From: a virus
DNA: 64,000 nucleotides
IMG/VR virus record: IMGVR_UViG_3300014656_000017
Span: 1-64,000 of that record
Direction: 5' to 3' (one strand)
Part shown: positions 48,594 to 58,956 of the stretch, in pieces
Layout: every line of letters begins with the position of its first letter
How positions within the stretch are numbered: position 1 is the first letter of the stretch
Notes under the pieces: model-generated
Databases searched by the model: none
What the model was told of the DNA's origin: nothing
The model's input: the letters and a program-made list of their open reading frames with translations, nothing else
Made by a program: the position numbers and the translations under genes

Positions 48594-48623
48594 AAAAGCC
48601 CTATTATTTCTAATAGGGCTTTT
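48594..48623 (-). terminator. Intrinsic terminator
   Basis: AAAAGCCCTATTA-TTTC-TAATAGGGCTTTT perfect hairpin after ORF 48636-49037. Confidence 0.85.
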
Positions 48624-48635
48624 CTGTAGAAACTA

Positions 48636-49037
48636 TTAATCGTCAAACAACTTAATTACGTTATCTCCAGCTGGAGCTACATTTCCTGCATTTTCAGGTA
48701 ATACTATTCCAGAAGGATCGAAGATGTTTGAAATTTGAGCATACAATCTAAAATCAAATCCACCAGCAAATTCAATTTGTGTAATTTGGTTTTTTTGATA
48801 ATTGAAATATACAGGTTCTGACTTATCCCCCATAAATTCTTTAAAAAATAACGGCAGCAATCTCAAGGCCATTTGACCAGTTGCTTGTCCAGTTACTTGA
48901 TTAAATTGAGGAACCACATCTACAACAACAGGGTTCTTAATAACCACAATAGTATCAGAAGACTTATCCTCTACTATTTCACCAATAATAGTACGTTGAA
49001 TACTATCTAAAAACGTCACAATATTTTTATTATCCAT
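48636..49037 (-). CDS. Hypothetical protein (Sm/SH3-like beta fold possible)
   Basis: 133 aa with its own promoter (TTGACA-N16-TAAGAT), AGGAG RBS and terminator. Confidence 0.7.
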   Translation of the reverse strand: MDNKNIVTFLDSIQRTIIGEIVEDKSSDTIVVIKNPVVVDVVPQFNQVTGQATGQMALRLLPLFFKEFMGDKSEPVYFNYQKNQITQIEFAGGFDFRLYAQISNIFDPSGIVLPENAGNVAPAGDNVIKLFDD

Positions 49038-49088
49038 ATTTTCTCCTATTTGTTATTATCTTATTATATTATTTACTAATGTCAAGGG

Positions 49089-52000
49089 TCAAACTTTAAA
49101 AAATTCGAACAAATCACACGTATATTCGTTTTTAAAATCAATCAATCTCCATCCAATACTAATAAATCTACTTTCTATTGCTCTAACTATATGCTTTTCA
49201 AACATCTTGTCATAATCAGGCTTAATAACAGATTCAAATTCTTTTGGAAATTTATCAGCGAATGCAATATTCTCAAATCCATACTTATTAGGCATTACAT
49301 ATATCCATTTAATTTTATTTCCAGAGCCAATAAAATCATATACGTTTTCTAATTTTAATGCTTTAATTAAATTGTTATGATTGATAGCTCCTTTAACATG
49401 CACTGGAGTTCCTTTAGCGTGTACTAATCCATTCATTCTGTTGTTATATTTATCAAACCCATTTATATTAGATCGTGATGCAATATCTTCATATGAAAGT
49501 TTTTTAAATTCTTCAAAAATTTGTTTATATACTTCTATTGTTTGTTCACGACTCTTAGTATAAATTATAGTTTCAACTACCTTTTTAATAAGATTTTTGC
49601 ACTCTTTTGAAATAGTGCTTTTAGCTACCTCTACTCCTACATATTTAATTTTATCAGTTGGAAGCGGAGTATCACCTTTACTCTTGTCTTTAATATGCAA
49701 AATGTAATATTTCTTTGCTTCATAAATGCCAGCTGAACATATATATTCTCTTTTAAATACAAATTGAGGATTTAAAGAATTGATAGCATTTTTAGCCCAT
49801 TCAATAATTTGTGTATTTAATACATTATTTAATTTTTTAACAATGTTGAAACTCTGTCTGCTTACTTCTCCTGTTTCGTCTAAAAGAGGAATTTTTAATT
49901 TCTTTAGAATAGGCTCTAAAGTTAGCACTGTGCTGTCCGTGTCATTATAAAATGTTATATTAGAATCTATACCGTATTCTGTTTTTGCAAAATTATCTAA
50001 AATATCATTAGCTGCTTTAATTGTTGCTTGTCCTGTTAAAGTAATACTACCAGAATGATCAATATCTGCTAAGGGAGCATATCTGTTAGCAAAACATCCA
50101 TACAAACTATTTAATATAGTCTTTAAAGTGTTTTGAATAATATCTAATCTGCCTAAAGCGGCAATGTTTTCATTGTATTTATCTGAACCCTTTTTTGTGT
50201 GAGATTGAGAATGATTAATTTTGTCTATCTCTTCCACACTCTTAACTCGTTCATCATAAAGGGATTGTACGAATTCTGGAACTATACCCAGTGTCTTTTG
50301 TGTATATAATACTTTAGCTTTAGATATAGATATTTTTTCTTTTTCTATGAAAGTTTTAAAGTTGTCTTTTGTAAGTGTGTGCATTTTTCCATTTACTAAT
50401 TTTAATTCAACTTCTGTATCAGACATAGATAAAATTTTACCTATTTTTGTCTCTGGTGAAATGTTCAAAGATATAATAGTATTAGGATATAGACTATTAG
50501 CATCGAATACAACAATACTTTCATATAATCCGGGCGTGATATCTCTAACAAATCCGCCGGCATAGGATCCCATTTCTTCATGCTTAAAGGTAGGTATAAT
50601 TTTATTATGTTTTAATGCCTGTTGTGCAATAGCTCCTGTTACTACTGTTACTTTACCTAGAGCAGATTCTAATGCAGCTAATCCTTTATAAGATATTGTT
50701 CTCATTAATTGAAGAAAACGAAGCTTTTGTTCTAATTTTACCAATAGCTCAACATCCCTAACATTATATTCGACAAATTTGTCCCAATTAGTATCAGCTA
50801 ATTTTGTAAGACTTGTAGCACTTACATTAACTTTACCTTCGCCTAATTCTAATTCACTAATATAATCCAAACTATAAGACTCTCTATCTCCTCTTGAAAA
50901 TGTTTTATATGCTTTCCAATAGTCAATACAGCTTATGCCGCCAATATACCACCGGCCTATTTCTTTACCAAATTGTTTTTCTACATTTTCGCGATATCTT
51001 ACTTGGCCTACCGGAGACAATTTATACACCCAATCTTCACCAATAACATTTTCAATTCTATTAATTATATAGGGTATATCAAAGCGTTCGCAATTGTGGG
51101 TCTTGATACCATTACAAATAAAATAATGTGTTTGTGTTTCTATGTCACACATTTCTACATTTTTGCCGGTTTTTTGTATATTTTTAATTTTAACCAACAT
51201 TCCGTTCTCGATTTTAAACCACTTAATTTTATTAGATATTATATTTTTTTTAATGTAATATTTTATATTTTTGAGTTTATTTTTTCTGTCTTGGTGCCAA
51301 ATATTTAAATCAGATATAAATTTTTTATTTTCATTAATAAAAGGAATCCCTGTATTATGCTTTGTTACAGAGGATATAACACCATTCCATAATAATAGTT
51401 GTTGCAAAATATTAATATTTGGAATATCATAACATTTATCATAATTACATACATTTAATTGTGTATCCGCAACATTACCATCACCGTCAATTAAACCGGA
51501 GTAAAATTCAATAAATTGATCATAAGACAACATTGAAATCATCGATATGTTTAATTGTTTTTTGTTTTCTGTATTATATATTAATGGCAATAATACTCCA
51601 AACTTGTTATTGCAAGATACTCTTTTATAAAAATTGTTATCACTTTGTTGTAATCTTGATAAAACTTTAATATTGGAGGGGCAATTTGTATCAATATTGT
51701 TATATATGGACGAATATTTTTCTACTAAATATTGGTGTTGGCTGCTGTACTGATTGGTAAAGGTTTTAAAATCAACACATCCATCTGTAAATGTATATCC
51801 TAAGAATCTTAATATATCACTAGATATAACTTCGTCTAAATTTATGTTTATAAATTTTTGTGTTAACAATATTGTTAATACTGTTTCGTTTTTTAAATAT
51901 TCTAATATCATATCATCAGATATATATTTTTGAAGATTTTTATAATCCCATCCCTTTCTTTTCCAAAATATCTTTCCCTGCCAATATTCTGTTGGTATAT

Positions 52001-53033
52001 TTATTGAATTTTTATATTGTTTTAAATGGTCTCTAATTTGAACGGATTTAATTTTAAAATTAAATCTGGTATAATTTTTTAAGCTGGTCCAGTTATCAAT
52101 AATATAGTTTCTATAATTTAATTGTTTGTTATTATTATCTCTAATAGGTATAAATACATATGAATCTTTGTTTTGTGTATTTATGTCTTTTACTTTAGTA
52201 TCTGTTAGAGTGGATAATAATGTATTTGAATTTTTGTATGCATTTTTGTTTTTAGAACATATCGGAAATATGTGTTCCTTCGAACATAAAATGCTGTGTC
52301 CTAATTCTGTTGTAAGGTTGTATTCTTCTTTAATTCCTGTATCTATATAATTATTTATATTATTTTGGAATTTTTCTGATGTAAAAAGGGGTATATTTTC
52401 ACATTTTTTTGATAAATTTACTATTTTATTAGTGCCCCATAAATATTGGTTTTTGGTGAGACAATACCATCCAGAAACTATATCAGGATAATCCTCTCGC
52501 CAAAATTTAACAAAAGCTCTTAACATTTCAGCTTCTGTTTGAAATTCATAATATTTGTGATCTGAAGCTAAAGATAAGTGTCGATGAGCTAGACCAAACG
52601 TATGATATATTTTAGATAAAGAATCGTATACCGTAATTAAGTTGATTGGATGCGCAGCCTTTTCAGGTTCAGGAAATTCAACAGAGTATGTTTCAATATC
52701 TAGAAAGAAAGTTTTAAGTGGATGTTTAGTAAATTCAGCAGAAGCATTTAATCCATTAAATTTGTCAATTAAATATTGATGTTCTGCTTTAAGATTATAA
52801 AATATTCGTTGAGTTCCGCAACTTTCAACATATCTACGCCTATCAAATTGACTCGGAAATGTTATTTTTCTTAAAGGAGTATTATAAATAGAAACAGCAT
52901 CTTTTTGTGTATTGCTTTCAATATAAATATAGGGATGATAATCCTCAATTTGTTCTATTCTATTGCCGCTTTCATCCCATGTCCACAAATGCATTTTTTG
53001 TGTTTTGGGATTATAAGAAATATTTCTATACAT
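49089..53033 (-). CDS. Family B DNA polymerase (gp43-like) with intein
   Basis: LDIET (ExoI), FDIPY (ExoII), YN..DV (ExoIII), DANSLYP, K..LNSLYG, NDTDS, KKYY; start corrected to MYRNI after AAGGAG. Confidence 0.95.
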   Translation of the reverse strand: MYRNISYNPKTQKMHLWTWDESGNRIEQIEDYHPYIYIESNTQKDAVSIYNTPLRKITFPSQFDRRRYVESCGTQRIFYNLKAEHQYLIDKFNGLNASAEFTKHPLKTFFLDIETYSVEFPEPEKAAHPINLITVYDSLSKIYHTFGLAHRHLSLASDHKYYEFQTEAEMLRAFVKFWREDYPDIVSGWYCLTKNQYLWGTNKIVNLSKKCENIPLFTSEKFQNNINNYIDTGIKEEYNLTTELGHSILCSKEHIFPICSKNKNAYKNSNTLLSTLTDTKVKDINTQNKDSYVFIPIRDNNNKQLNYRNYIIDNWTSLKNYTRFNFKIKSVQIRDHLKQYKNSINIPTEYWQGKIFWKRKGWDYKNLQKYISDDMILEYLKNETVLTILLTQKFININLDEVISSDILRFLGYTFTDGCVDFKTFTNQYSSQHQYLVEKYSSIYNNIDTNCPSNIKVLSRLQQSDNNFYKRVSCNNKFGVLLPLIYNTENKKQLNISMISMLSYDQFIEFYSGLIDGDGNVADTQLNVCNYDKCYDIPNINILQQLLLWNGVISSVTKHNTGIPFINENKKFISDLNIWHQDRKNKLKNIKYYIKKNIISNKIKWFKIENGMLVKIKNIQKTGKNVEMCDIETQTHYFICNGIKTHNCERFDIPYIINRIENVIGEDWVYKLSPVGQVRYRENVEKQFGKEIGRWYIGGISCIDYWKAYKTFSRGDRESYSLDYISELELGEGKVNVSATSLTKLADTNWDKFVEYNVRDVELLVKLEQKLRFLQLMRTISYKGLAALESALGKVTVVTGAIAQQALKHNKIIPTFKHEEMGSYAGGFVRDITPGLYESIVVFDANSLYPNTIISLNISPETKIGKILSMSDTEVELKLVNGKMHTLTKDNFKTFIEKEKISISKAKVLYTQKTLGIVPEFVQSLYDERVKSVEEIDKINHSQSHTKKGSDKYNENIAALGRLDIIQNTLKTILNSLYGCFANRYAPLADIDHSGSITLTGQATIKAANDILDNFAKTEYGIDSNITFYNDTDSTVLTLEPILKKLKIPLLDETGEVSRQSFNIVKKLNNVLNTQIIEWAKNAINSLNPQFVFKREYICSAGIYEAKKYYILHIKDKSKGDTPLPTDKIKYVGVEVAKSTISKECKNLIKKVVETIIYTKSREQTIEVYKQIFEEFKKLSYEDIASRSNINGFDKYNNRMNGLVHAKGTPVHVKGAINHNNLIKALKLENVYDFIGSGNKIKWIYVMPNKYGFENIAFADKFPKEFESVIKPDYDKMFEKHIVRAIESRFISIGWRLIDFKNEYTCDLFEFFKV
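51093..52463 (-). mobile_element. Cis intein with LAGLIDADG endonuclease (457 aa) in the PolB ExoII motif
   Basis: GWY|CLTKNQ...CSKEHIF...LGYTFTDG...SGLIDGDG...MCDIET...NGIKTHN|CERFDIPY. Confidence 0.92.
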
Positions 53034-53052
53034 ACTAGCTCCTTTATTGACC

Positions 53053-53073
53053 GTGCGTGTTAAAGATGCGCAC
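53053..53073 (-). promoter_or_regulatory. Hairpin in the polymerase mRNA leader (candidate translational operator)
   Basis: GUGCG-11nt-CGCAC stem just upstream of the SD, downstream of TTGATT-N16-TATAAT (53090-53117). Confidence 0.45.
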
Positions 53074-53119
53074 ACCCTTATTTTAATTAATTATATAAAA
53101 TGCTATATAGAAATCAAGT

Positions 53120-54484
53120 TTATTTTTTTAATAATTGGTTTTCGAAAGGAACGGCTGCTTTTTCATCGGGATTTAATCGATATAAAGTTTTTCGATCCGG
53201 TGAGCCAATTTTTGTAAAGTATAATTCGTTAAATTCATCCAAATGATCATCTAACCACATTGTATCAGCATAAGCTCGTGCTTGTTTAGAATAGTTCATA
53301 TAAGTATCTTCATCTTTTAGAAGCAGTTTTAACTGATCAATCAAATCTGTCCCCTTATTAAATTTTAATGGGGCATCTTGATAAGTTACTAGATTTTGAA
53401 ACACTCCAGGAATTCCTAAACAAGCAGACTCTAAAAACTTAATATTGCTTTTAGCTTTGTTAAATGTAATATCTTGAAGAGGAGCAAATACAGCACTCAT
53501 TTTAGGCTCATAATATGCTTTCCATAAATCCATTAAAGGAAACCATTGAATAAATTCCATTTCTCCGCGATCAATAAAAGGTTTGCAAGGTAGTGGAAAG
53601 CATCCAACAAACACCCATTTAAAATCATTTCGTGTTTTAATAATCGCATCCACGACATGATGAAAATCATCTCGCTGATTTGTTTTATTTAATACATCAA
53701 TATGTGTACCCGATCCAACATAGGCAACTCGGGGTTTCTTTTTATTGTCTTGGTAATTCTTTAAAATTCTATCTGGTTCATAATGTTTATCCATCCACAT
53801 TTTAGCAGGATAATTAGGAACAACAGTAATATTTTTATTACCAGTCTTATGAGTATAGTAATCTTTCATGAACTGACAAGTTACACTAATCTCATCACTC
53901 ATCTTCATCATTTCAATACAACTGTTTAAAATTTGATCATTTTCAAATGCCACTTTACATCTATTAAAATCTGGAATATCGTCTTTGAAAATAATATCAT
54001 CAATTTCATATATAATTTTATAGTTATGATGTGATGCAATGCTTTTTAAAAATTTCACAAATTCTAATTGAACTGGAGTTGCTTGTCTCTGTAATCTAAC
54101 AGCTTTTATACCACCATAAAATCTAGGATCTAACACCATTGTAGTTAATCCGTTAATAACACATTTCTGGTTCATATTTAATAGCATTTCCGGAGCTATC
54201 ATTCTCCACCAGCCGCAGCCGGCATAATCCGCATAGTAATTAACAGCTCTGTTTAATCCTTGTCCTGGTATTTCAAGAGGAGGAGGAGTTCGAGATTGGG
54301 GTATTTGGTGAGCAATGTGAGGTACATATGCTTGCCCCACTGGTTTTCCCATAACATTCCCCATACTGTGATATTTTGTAGGTATAACTTGTTGAGCAAC
54401 ATAAGCTGGAGCCTGCTCCGGAACGGGATTTTTAAATTTAAGAGCCATTATCGATTCTCCTGGTGTATCCATTATATTTTTCAA
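53120..54484 (-). CDS. GT-B fold glycosyltransferase
   Basis: GCGWWR, RLQRQ, YEIDD, V.PN, GS.TH, APL....FN.AKSNIKFLE....G.P; start probably MALKF. Confidence 0.8.
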   Translation of the reverse strand: MKNIMDTPGESIMALKFKNPVPEQAPAYVAQQVIPTKYHSMGNVMGKPVGQAYVPHIAHQIPQSRTPPPLEIPGQGLNRAVNYYADYAGCGWWRMIAPEMLLNMNQKCVINGLTTMVLDPRFYGGIKAVRLQRQATPVQLEFVKFLKSIASHHNYKIIYEIDDIIFKDDIPDFNRCKVAFENDQILNSCIEMMKMSDEISVTCQFMKDYYTHKTGNKNITVVPNYPAKMWMDKHYEPDRILKNYQDNKKKPRVAYVGSGTHIDVLNKTNQRDDFHHVVDAIIKTRNDFKWVFVGCFPLPCKPFIDRGEMEFIQWFPLMDLWKAYYEPKMSAVFAPLQDITFNKAKSNIKFLESACLGIPGVFQNLVTYQDAPLKFNKGTDLIDQLKLLLKDEDTYMNYSKQARAYADTMWLDDHLDEFNELYFTKIGSPDRKTLYRLNPDEKAAVPFENQLLKK

Positions 54485-56237
54485 GATTTATAATTTCACC
54501 AGTAGCATGTTTGACTGCTTCTCTTTTATGGCTAATAATATAAATTGCTTCATTAAAATTACTAACTCTTTCTTGTAAAATCCCCATAACACATTCAATA
54601 CCTTTGTCGTCTAATGAACTATCTAATAGCTCATCATAGATCACTGTATTAATAGATACATTAGATTGGAGTCGACGAATATCAATAAAGGTAAATAACA
54701 TTGCTAGATCTATACGTTTCCTTTCTCCACCAGAAAAATTAAAATATGAACATTTTTGACCTCTTTCATTTAAAATGTTCTCTTCAAAATATTCATTAAA
54801 TGTGCAAACACAATTAGCATCTAATTTTTTGAGATAATAGTTCAATCGACCGTTCAACAATTTTAACATCTTTTTAACAATAAAACTTTTTACACCCTCT
54901 TCTGATACTACAAATTTAGCAACATCTAAAAGGTGCAACTTTTCTTTGTACTTATTTAGTTCAATATTTAATATTTCAACCCGTGTTTGTGCTTCATTTA
55001 TAAGTTCTATATATGTATCCTGTTCACCTTGTATTGTTTTTATATCTATTTCGGTTTGAGCACTCCAAATTTCTTTTTGTTTTATTTGTGTGGTGATTGT
55101 CTCATTTTCCATTTTAATTAATTCAAATTTATGTTTTTCATCAATTAAGATATCAATAATATTATTACATTTGTTCTTCTTGGTTTCAATTTCAGTTAGG
55201 GATTTATTAATTTCTATTAATGAATTATTAATGCTGTCAATTTCATTTTGATATTGTTTGATAATTTCTGTGTCTCGAGATTTATCTTTGGTGGTAAACG
55301 GCCTATTGCATGTAATACATATTCCACCTTTTTGCTCAATTTGATTGATCTTACCACTCAATTCTTTTGTTGTTAATATGTTTTGTATTTGTTGTGTAGT
55401 GATCTTTTTTTCTGTATCCGCAATATTTTTCTTTTTAGATTCTACAGTTCTTATTTTATCATCTAAAATATTATAGGTTTTAATATCTACATCTTTTATT
55501 GCATCTTTTAATGTTTTAATAGTTGTAATATTATCATCTAACCTAATTTGAAGATTGTTCACTCTATCAATTTTATTTTGATTATGAGCAAATTGTTGTT
55601 TTTTATATACTTCTAGTGACTGTTTAATTTCATTAGCTTTAACATTTTCAATATCATATTGTTTTTTTGCTTCATTTAAATCTTGTCTAATAACACTAAG
55701 CATATCCGTAAATAATGTGAGCTTAAATATGCCCTCAATAAAATTTTTCTTAGCTAAACCTTTTTTAGCTAAAAAGGGTTCTGTTTGATTTAGACTCATT
55801 ACAACACTTTGTTCAAACAAATCAGACCCTGCGCCCAATATCTCTTCAACTAATTCGGTTGTTTTGGCCATCGTACGAGAAATATCTACAGTATCTTTGA
55901 ACAATTGTACTCTAGAAGGATGTGTAGATCTTTGTAATACATATTCTGATTTAATCCCGTTTTCAATAACATCGAATAATAGAGATACTTCTCCACCCGA
56001 TTTATTATTCCAATTTATTAGATTTTCTTTTTTGATATCTCTAAGAGGCCTTCCAAAAAGAGAATAAAAAAACGCATCAGCTATTGCAGATTTACCTACA
56101 CCATTTCTACTATCTTCTTTGTCTTTATTGACACCCGTTATAATATTACACCCAATATTAAAATGAAGTTCTATGGGGTCTGAACCTATAGATAGAAAAT
56201 TTTTAATACTAAGTTTTTTAAAATAAATCTCTTTCAT
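54438..56237 (-). CDS. Rad50/SbcC-like recombination ATPase (gp46)
   Basis: KNFLSIG, NGVGKS, CITC Zn-hook, FSGGE, DE..DS.LD, ISH. Confidence 0.93.
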   Translation of the reverse strand: MKEIYFKKLSIKNFLSIGSDPIELHFNIGCNIITGVNKDKEDSRNGVGKSAIADAFFYSLFGRPLRDIKKENLINWNNKSGGEVSLLFDVIENGIKSEYVLQRSTHPSRVQLFKDTVDISRTMAKTTELVEEILGAGSDLFEQSVVMSLNQTEPFLAKKGLAKKNFIEGIFKLTLFTDMLSVIRQDLNEAKKQYDIENVKANEIKQSLEVYKKQQFAHNQNKIDRVNNLQIRLDDNITTIKTLKDAIKDVDIKTYNILDDKIRTVESKKKNIADTEKKITTQQIQNILTTKELSGKINQIEQKGGICITCNRPFTTKDKSRDTEIIKQYQNEIDSINNSLIEINKSLTEIETKKNKCNNIIDILIDEKHKFELIKMENETITTQIKQKEIWSAQTEIDIKTIQGEQDTYIELINEAQTRVEILNIELNKYKEKLHLLDVAKFVVSEEGVKSFIVKKMLKLLNGRLNYYLKKLDANCVCTFNEYFEENILNERGQKCSYFNFSGGERKRIDLAMLFTFIDIRRLQSNVSINTVIYDELLDSSLDDKGIECVMGILQERVSNFNEAIYIISHKREAVKHATGEIINLEKYNGYTRRIDNGS

Positions 56238-56446
56238 AACAAGTCTACAAATAAATCAGGGCGGGTTGTTAAAAAATTTGTTATTTCCTCTTCTGTTGCC
56301 AATCGAACTTTAATATAATCCACCCATATATCATTTTCAACACACAGTACACCTTTATAATCATCAAATTTTAATAAATCAGAAACATAATATGTTTTAT
56401 TATCAAATTTATTGACAATAAAACTTCCTCTTTTTATGTGTTTCAT
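56234..56446 (-). CDS. Hypothetical protein
   Basis: 70 aa with RLAT.EE motif. Confidence 0.6.
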   Translation of the reverse strand: MKHIKRGSFIVNKFDNKTYYVSDLLKFDDYKGVLCVENDIWVDYIKVRLATEEEITNFLTTRPDLFVDLL

Positions 56447-56453
56447 TCTTCGA

Positions 56454-56612
56454 TTATTTATGTCCTAATTTAGTAGCAAGCTCAGATAGCTTTACAATTT
56501 TAGCTAACACATCTATTGACGTTTCTGGGCATAATACTGCATACATAGACTTTAGATAATACTGTACTGCTTCTACAATTAACTGACTATTTTCATTTTT
56601 TTCTTCTGCCAT
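56454..56612 (-). CDS. Small protein (52 aa), not in ORF track
   Basis: TAAGGAG RBS; MAEEKNENSQLIVEAVQYYLKSMYAVLCPETSIDVLAKIVKLSELATKLGHK. Confidence 0.6.
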   Translation of the reverse strand: MAEEKNENSQLIVEAVQYYLKSMYAVLCPETSIDVLAKIVKLSELATKLGHK

Positions 56613-57056
56613 TTTAGTTCTCCTTAATATATTTCCACAAATTTCTAAAACGTATTCTTGTTAATAGCCAATCAAACAAATTAAGTTTTTCATCATAATA
56701 TCTTAACATATATGTATTATGTATAGTATTATGTAAAATTTGATATACTATTATAAACTTATTTGTTTTAATAAAATCTTCGACATCTGTTAGAGTTGAA
56801 AATTTTAATGCACAGGCTTGGACCGCCTTTTTTCTAAAGTGTTTTATAACTATACCAACAGGGCATATTCCTTTAAGGAATTTCCCTTTAATCTGATTTG
56901 TTACATCAACATTTATTGTTGACGGGTCAATATCACTAATATCTATTTCTCCTTCTTTTAAAAAGGATTTCATATCGATAGGGGCTGCTGTTAATTGAAC
57001 AGTAACCATTGTGTATTTGTTTATTTTATTTTCTTCTGCCATTTTAGTTCTCCTTA
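56599..57056. repeat. 28-bp perfect direct repeat (56599-56626 and 57029-57056) flanking ORF 56614-57042
   Basis: Minus strand TAAGGAGAACTAAAATGGCAGAAGAAAA = RBS + MAEE start, present twice. Confidence 0.9.
56614..57042 (-). CDS. Hypothetical protein
   Basis: 142 aa, strong RBS. Confidence 0.65.
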   Translation of the reverse strand: MAEENKINKYTMVTVQLTAAPIDMKSFLKEGEIDISDIDPSTINVDVTNQIKGKFLKGICPVGIVIKHFRKKAVQACALKFSTLTDVEDFIKTNKFIIVYQILHNTIHNTYMLRYYDEKLNLFDWLLTRIRFRNLWKYIKEN

Positions 57057-57183
57057 TATTTTAATATAGTAATCTCCAAACTTTTCATTAATATATGTTC
57101 TGTTAAATGTAATTCCAATAGACTCTTGATCGTTTATAAACCACGTTTTGCTCCATCTATAAATCCTAGTATATTAAATTTCA

Positions 57184-57777
57184 TTAGACATATTCAAGCT
57201 CGCAATTGTTTCTAAACTCTTGAAGATTCATTGCATTTACATAACTAAACGCTGATTTTAATCCATGCTCTATCTCACGCAAGATATACTTAGCATGTCC
57301 TTTAAACGGAACCTTCAACATCTCACCCTCTACAAACTCATTCTTTAACCCTGAAGATACTTTATTTTCCATACTAGCTGAACCACCATACATCTTATAG
57401 TATCTTCTATCTACTAAATTAGTTCCTGGTTCTGGATATACATTTCCTGGAGTTTCTGTAGTACCTGCTAGTACAGCACCTACCATAACAGCATCTGCAT
57501 ACTTTAATGCTTTAGCAACATCACCAGAACTTGTAATACCTCCATCAGATATCATTTTAATGGGAAGCCCTTGTCTAACAATTTCATCATAACAAGAATG
57601 TAAGGCTCCTAATTGTGGATGGCCTACACCCGTACGTTGAGTTGTAACACAAACAGAATTATGAACAACCATTCCTTCTGCAATATATGAATGGGGGTCT
57701 CCAACCTCTAGGTCATAAACAGGCCCAGAGTATTTATATTTTTTAATATTAGTAATAGGAACAAGATTAAATTTCAT
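57184..57777 (-). CDS. IMPDH/GMP reductase C-terminal fragment, starting with a 40-aa split-intein C-half (57658-57777)
   Basis: MKFNLV...VYDLEV...HSY...VVHN|SVCVT...G.PQ, SDGGI..SGD..KAL, VMVG, E.PG, YGGSAS, VEG; ATG overlaps the endonuclease stop. Confidence 0.92.
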   Translation of the reverse strand: MKFNLVPITNIKKYKYSGPVYDLEVGDPHSYIAEGMVVHNSVCVTTQRTGVGHPQLGALHSCYDEIVRQGLPIKMISDGGITSSGDVAKALKYADAVMVGAVLAGTTETPGNVYPEPGTNLVDRRYYKMYGGSASMENKVSSGLKNEFVEGEMLKVPFKGHAKYILREIEHGLKSAFSYVNAMNLQEFRNNCELEYV

Positions 57778-58928
57778 TTCGCCTCCAAAAAATCTATGCA
57801 TTTCTTAATAATTATATCTTTATTTTTCTTATAGTCAAGTGAAAGAATTCTTAAACATTTAGCGCCAGGCAGCTCCTTTTTAATATTTGTCTCTCTAATT
57901 TTATCTTTTTGTACATCATGCCATTTTGGATCATCATACTCTACCCATTTGTTAAGATCTTTAATATAAAAATCTAATCTATAATACTTCCCGTTTTTCA
58001 GCTCTACTAAAAACTCATTATTTATATGATCGTTTCGTATACCATTATCATTGGTTGCAAAATATATATTTTTATATTTGTGTGATATATTTTTATAAAT
58101 TTCCCAAAAAATCTCTTGTGATATATTAGACCATCCATGAGTTTTTAGTTTTTTAAGTATTTGTTTATTTTTATATCTATAATCTTTCCACCTTTTTGTT
58201 CCATTTATTTTTCCATAAATTCTTATGAATTTTTCTAATGTTTGTGCTTTAGATTTTTTATATTGATTGTATATTTCTGTGCCTTTATGTATACCATATT
58301 TTTCAATATATTTTTCAATAGTATGTTTATTTTTAAGACGATTTTTATATTCTTTTACTTTTATATTTGCTTCCTCTATTGATAATCCTTTCTTAATCCA
58401 ATATTCCGGCAAAAAACAACTCACATATTTGTCAGGATACATTTTTTTATATATTCCGAATTTCAAGCCTGCATTTCTTGAGTTGTCACTTAAAATTTTT
58501 TGTGCTTCGTCTGATGTGTGTCCTCTTTTAATCCAGTATTCTGGACATCTACAACTTCCCGTTCGATACTTTTTCTTATTATTTGTATACCATTTGCGTA
58601 TTTTTGATCCTGCCTCCGCAAGAAACTGGCTTCTTTTATTTTCAATTTCTTCGCCTGTATACCCCTTATCAATCCAATATTCTTTACAATTCTTTAAACA
58701 TTTTCGGTGAATGCAATAATTGCAGTATTTTTTATATCCCAACACTCCATTAATATATTCTGTTGATTTATTACATACCTTACACACACCTTCGTTGGCT
58801 TTTTTAAAATGTGTATCGTAATAGTCCTTAATCTGTTTTTTGTTGAATTTGTGTTTATTAGATAAATGCTTACTGAAATTATACAAATTGCTGCTTTGTT
58901 TTTGACATAAAATACATATAGGTTGCAT
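57774..58928 (-). mobile_element. Free-standing homing endonuclease (Vsr-like/EDxHD type) with Zn fingers and repeats
   Basis: C2H2 (CILC...HLSNKH), CxxC pairs, 3x EYWI.KG, 2x KYG...G; C-terminal S.ISQ...NEF...LDFY...VEYD..WH...D..R. Confidence 0.8.
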
Positions 58929-58956
58929 ACTTATCCGCCTTCTATATATATTTATG

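Noticed and set aside
54438-57183. Missing gp47/Mre11 partner next to gp46
   Set aside because: May simply lie outside the window; absence cannot be claimed
57778-58956. Group I intron with internal endonuclease in IMPDH/GuaC
   Set aside because: The nuclease ORF fills the gap almost completely, leaving no room for ribozyme structure; split-intein motifs explain the break
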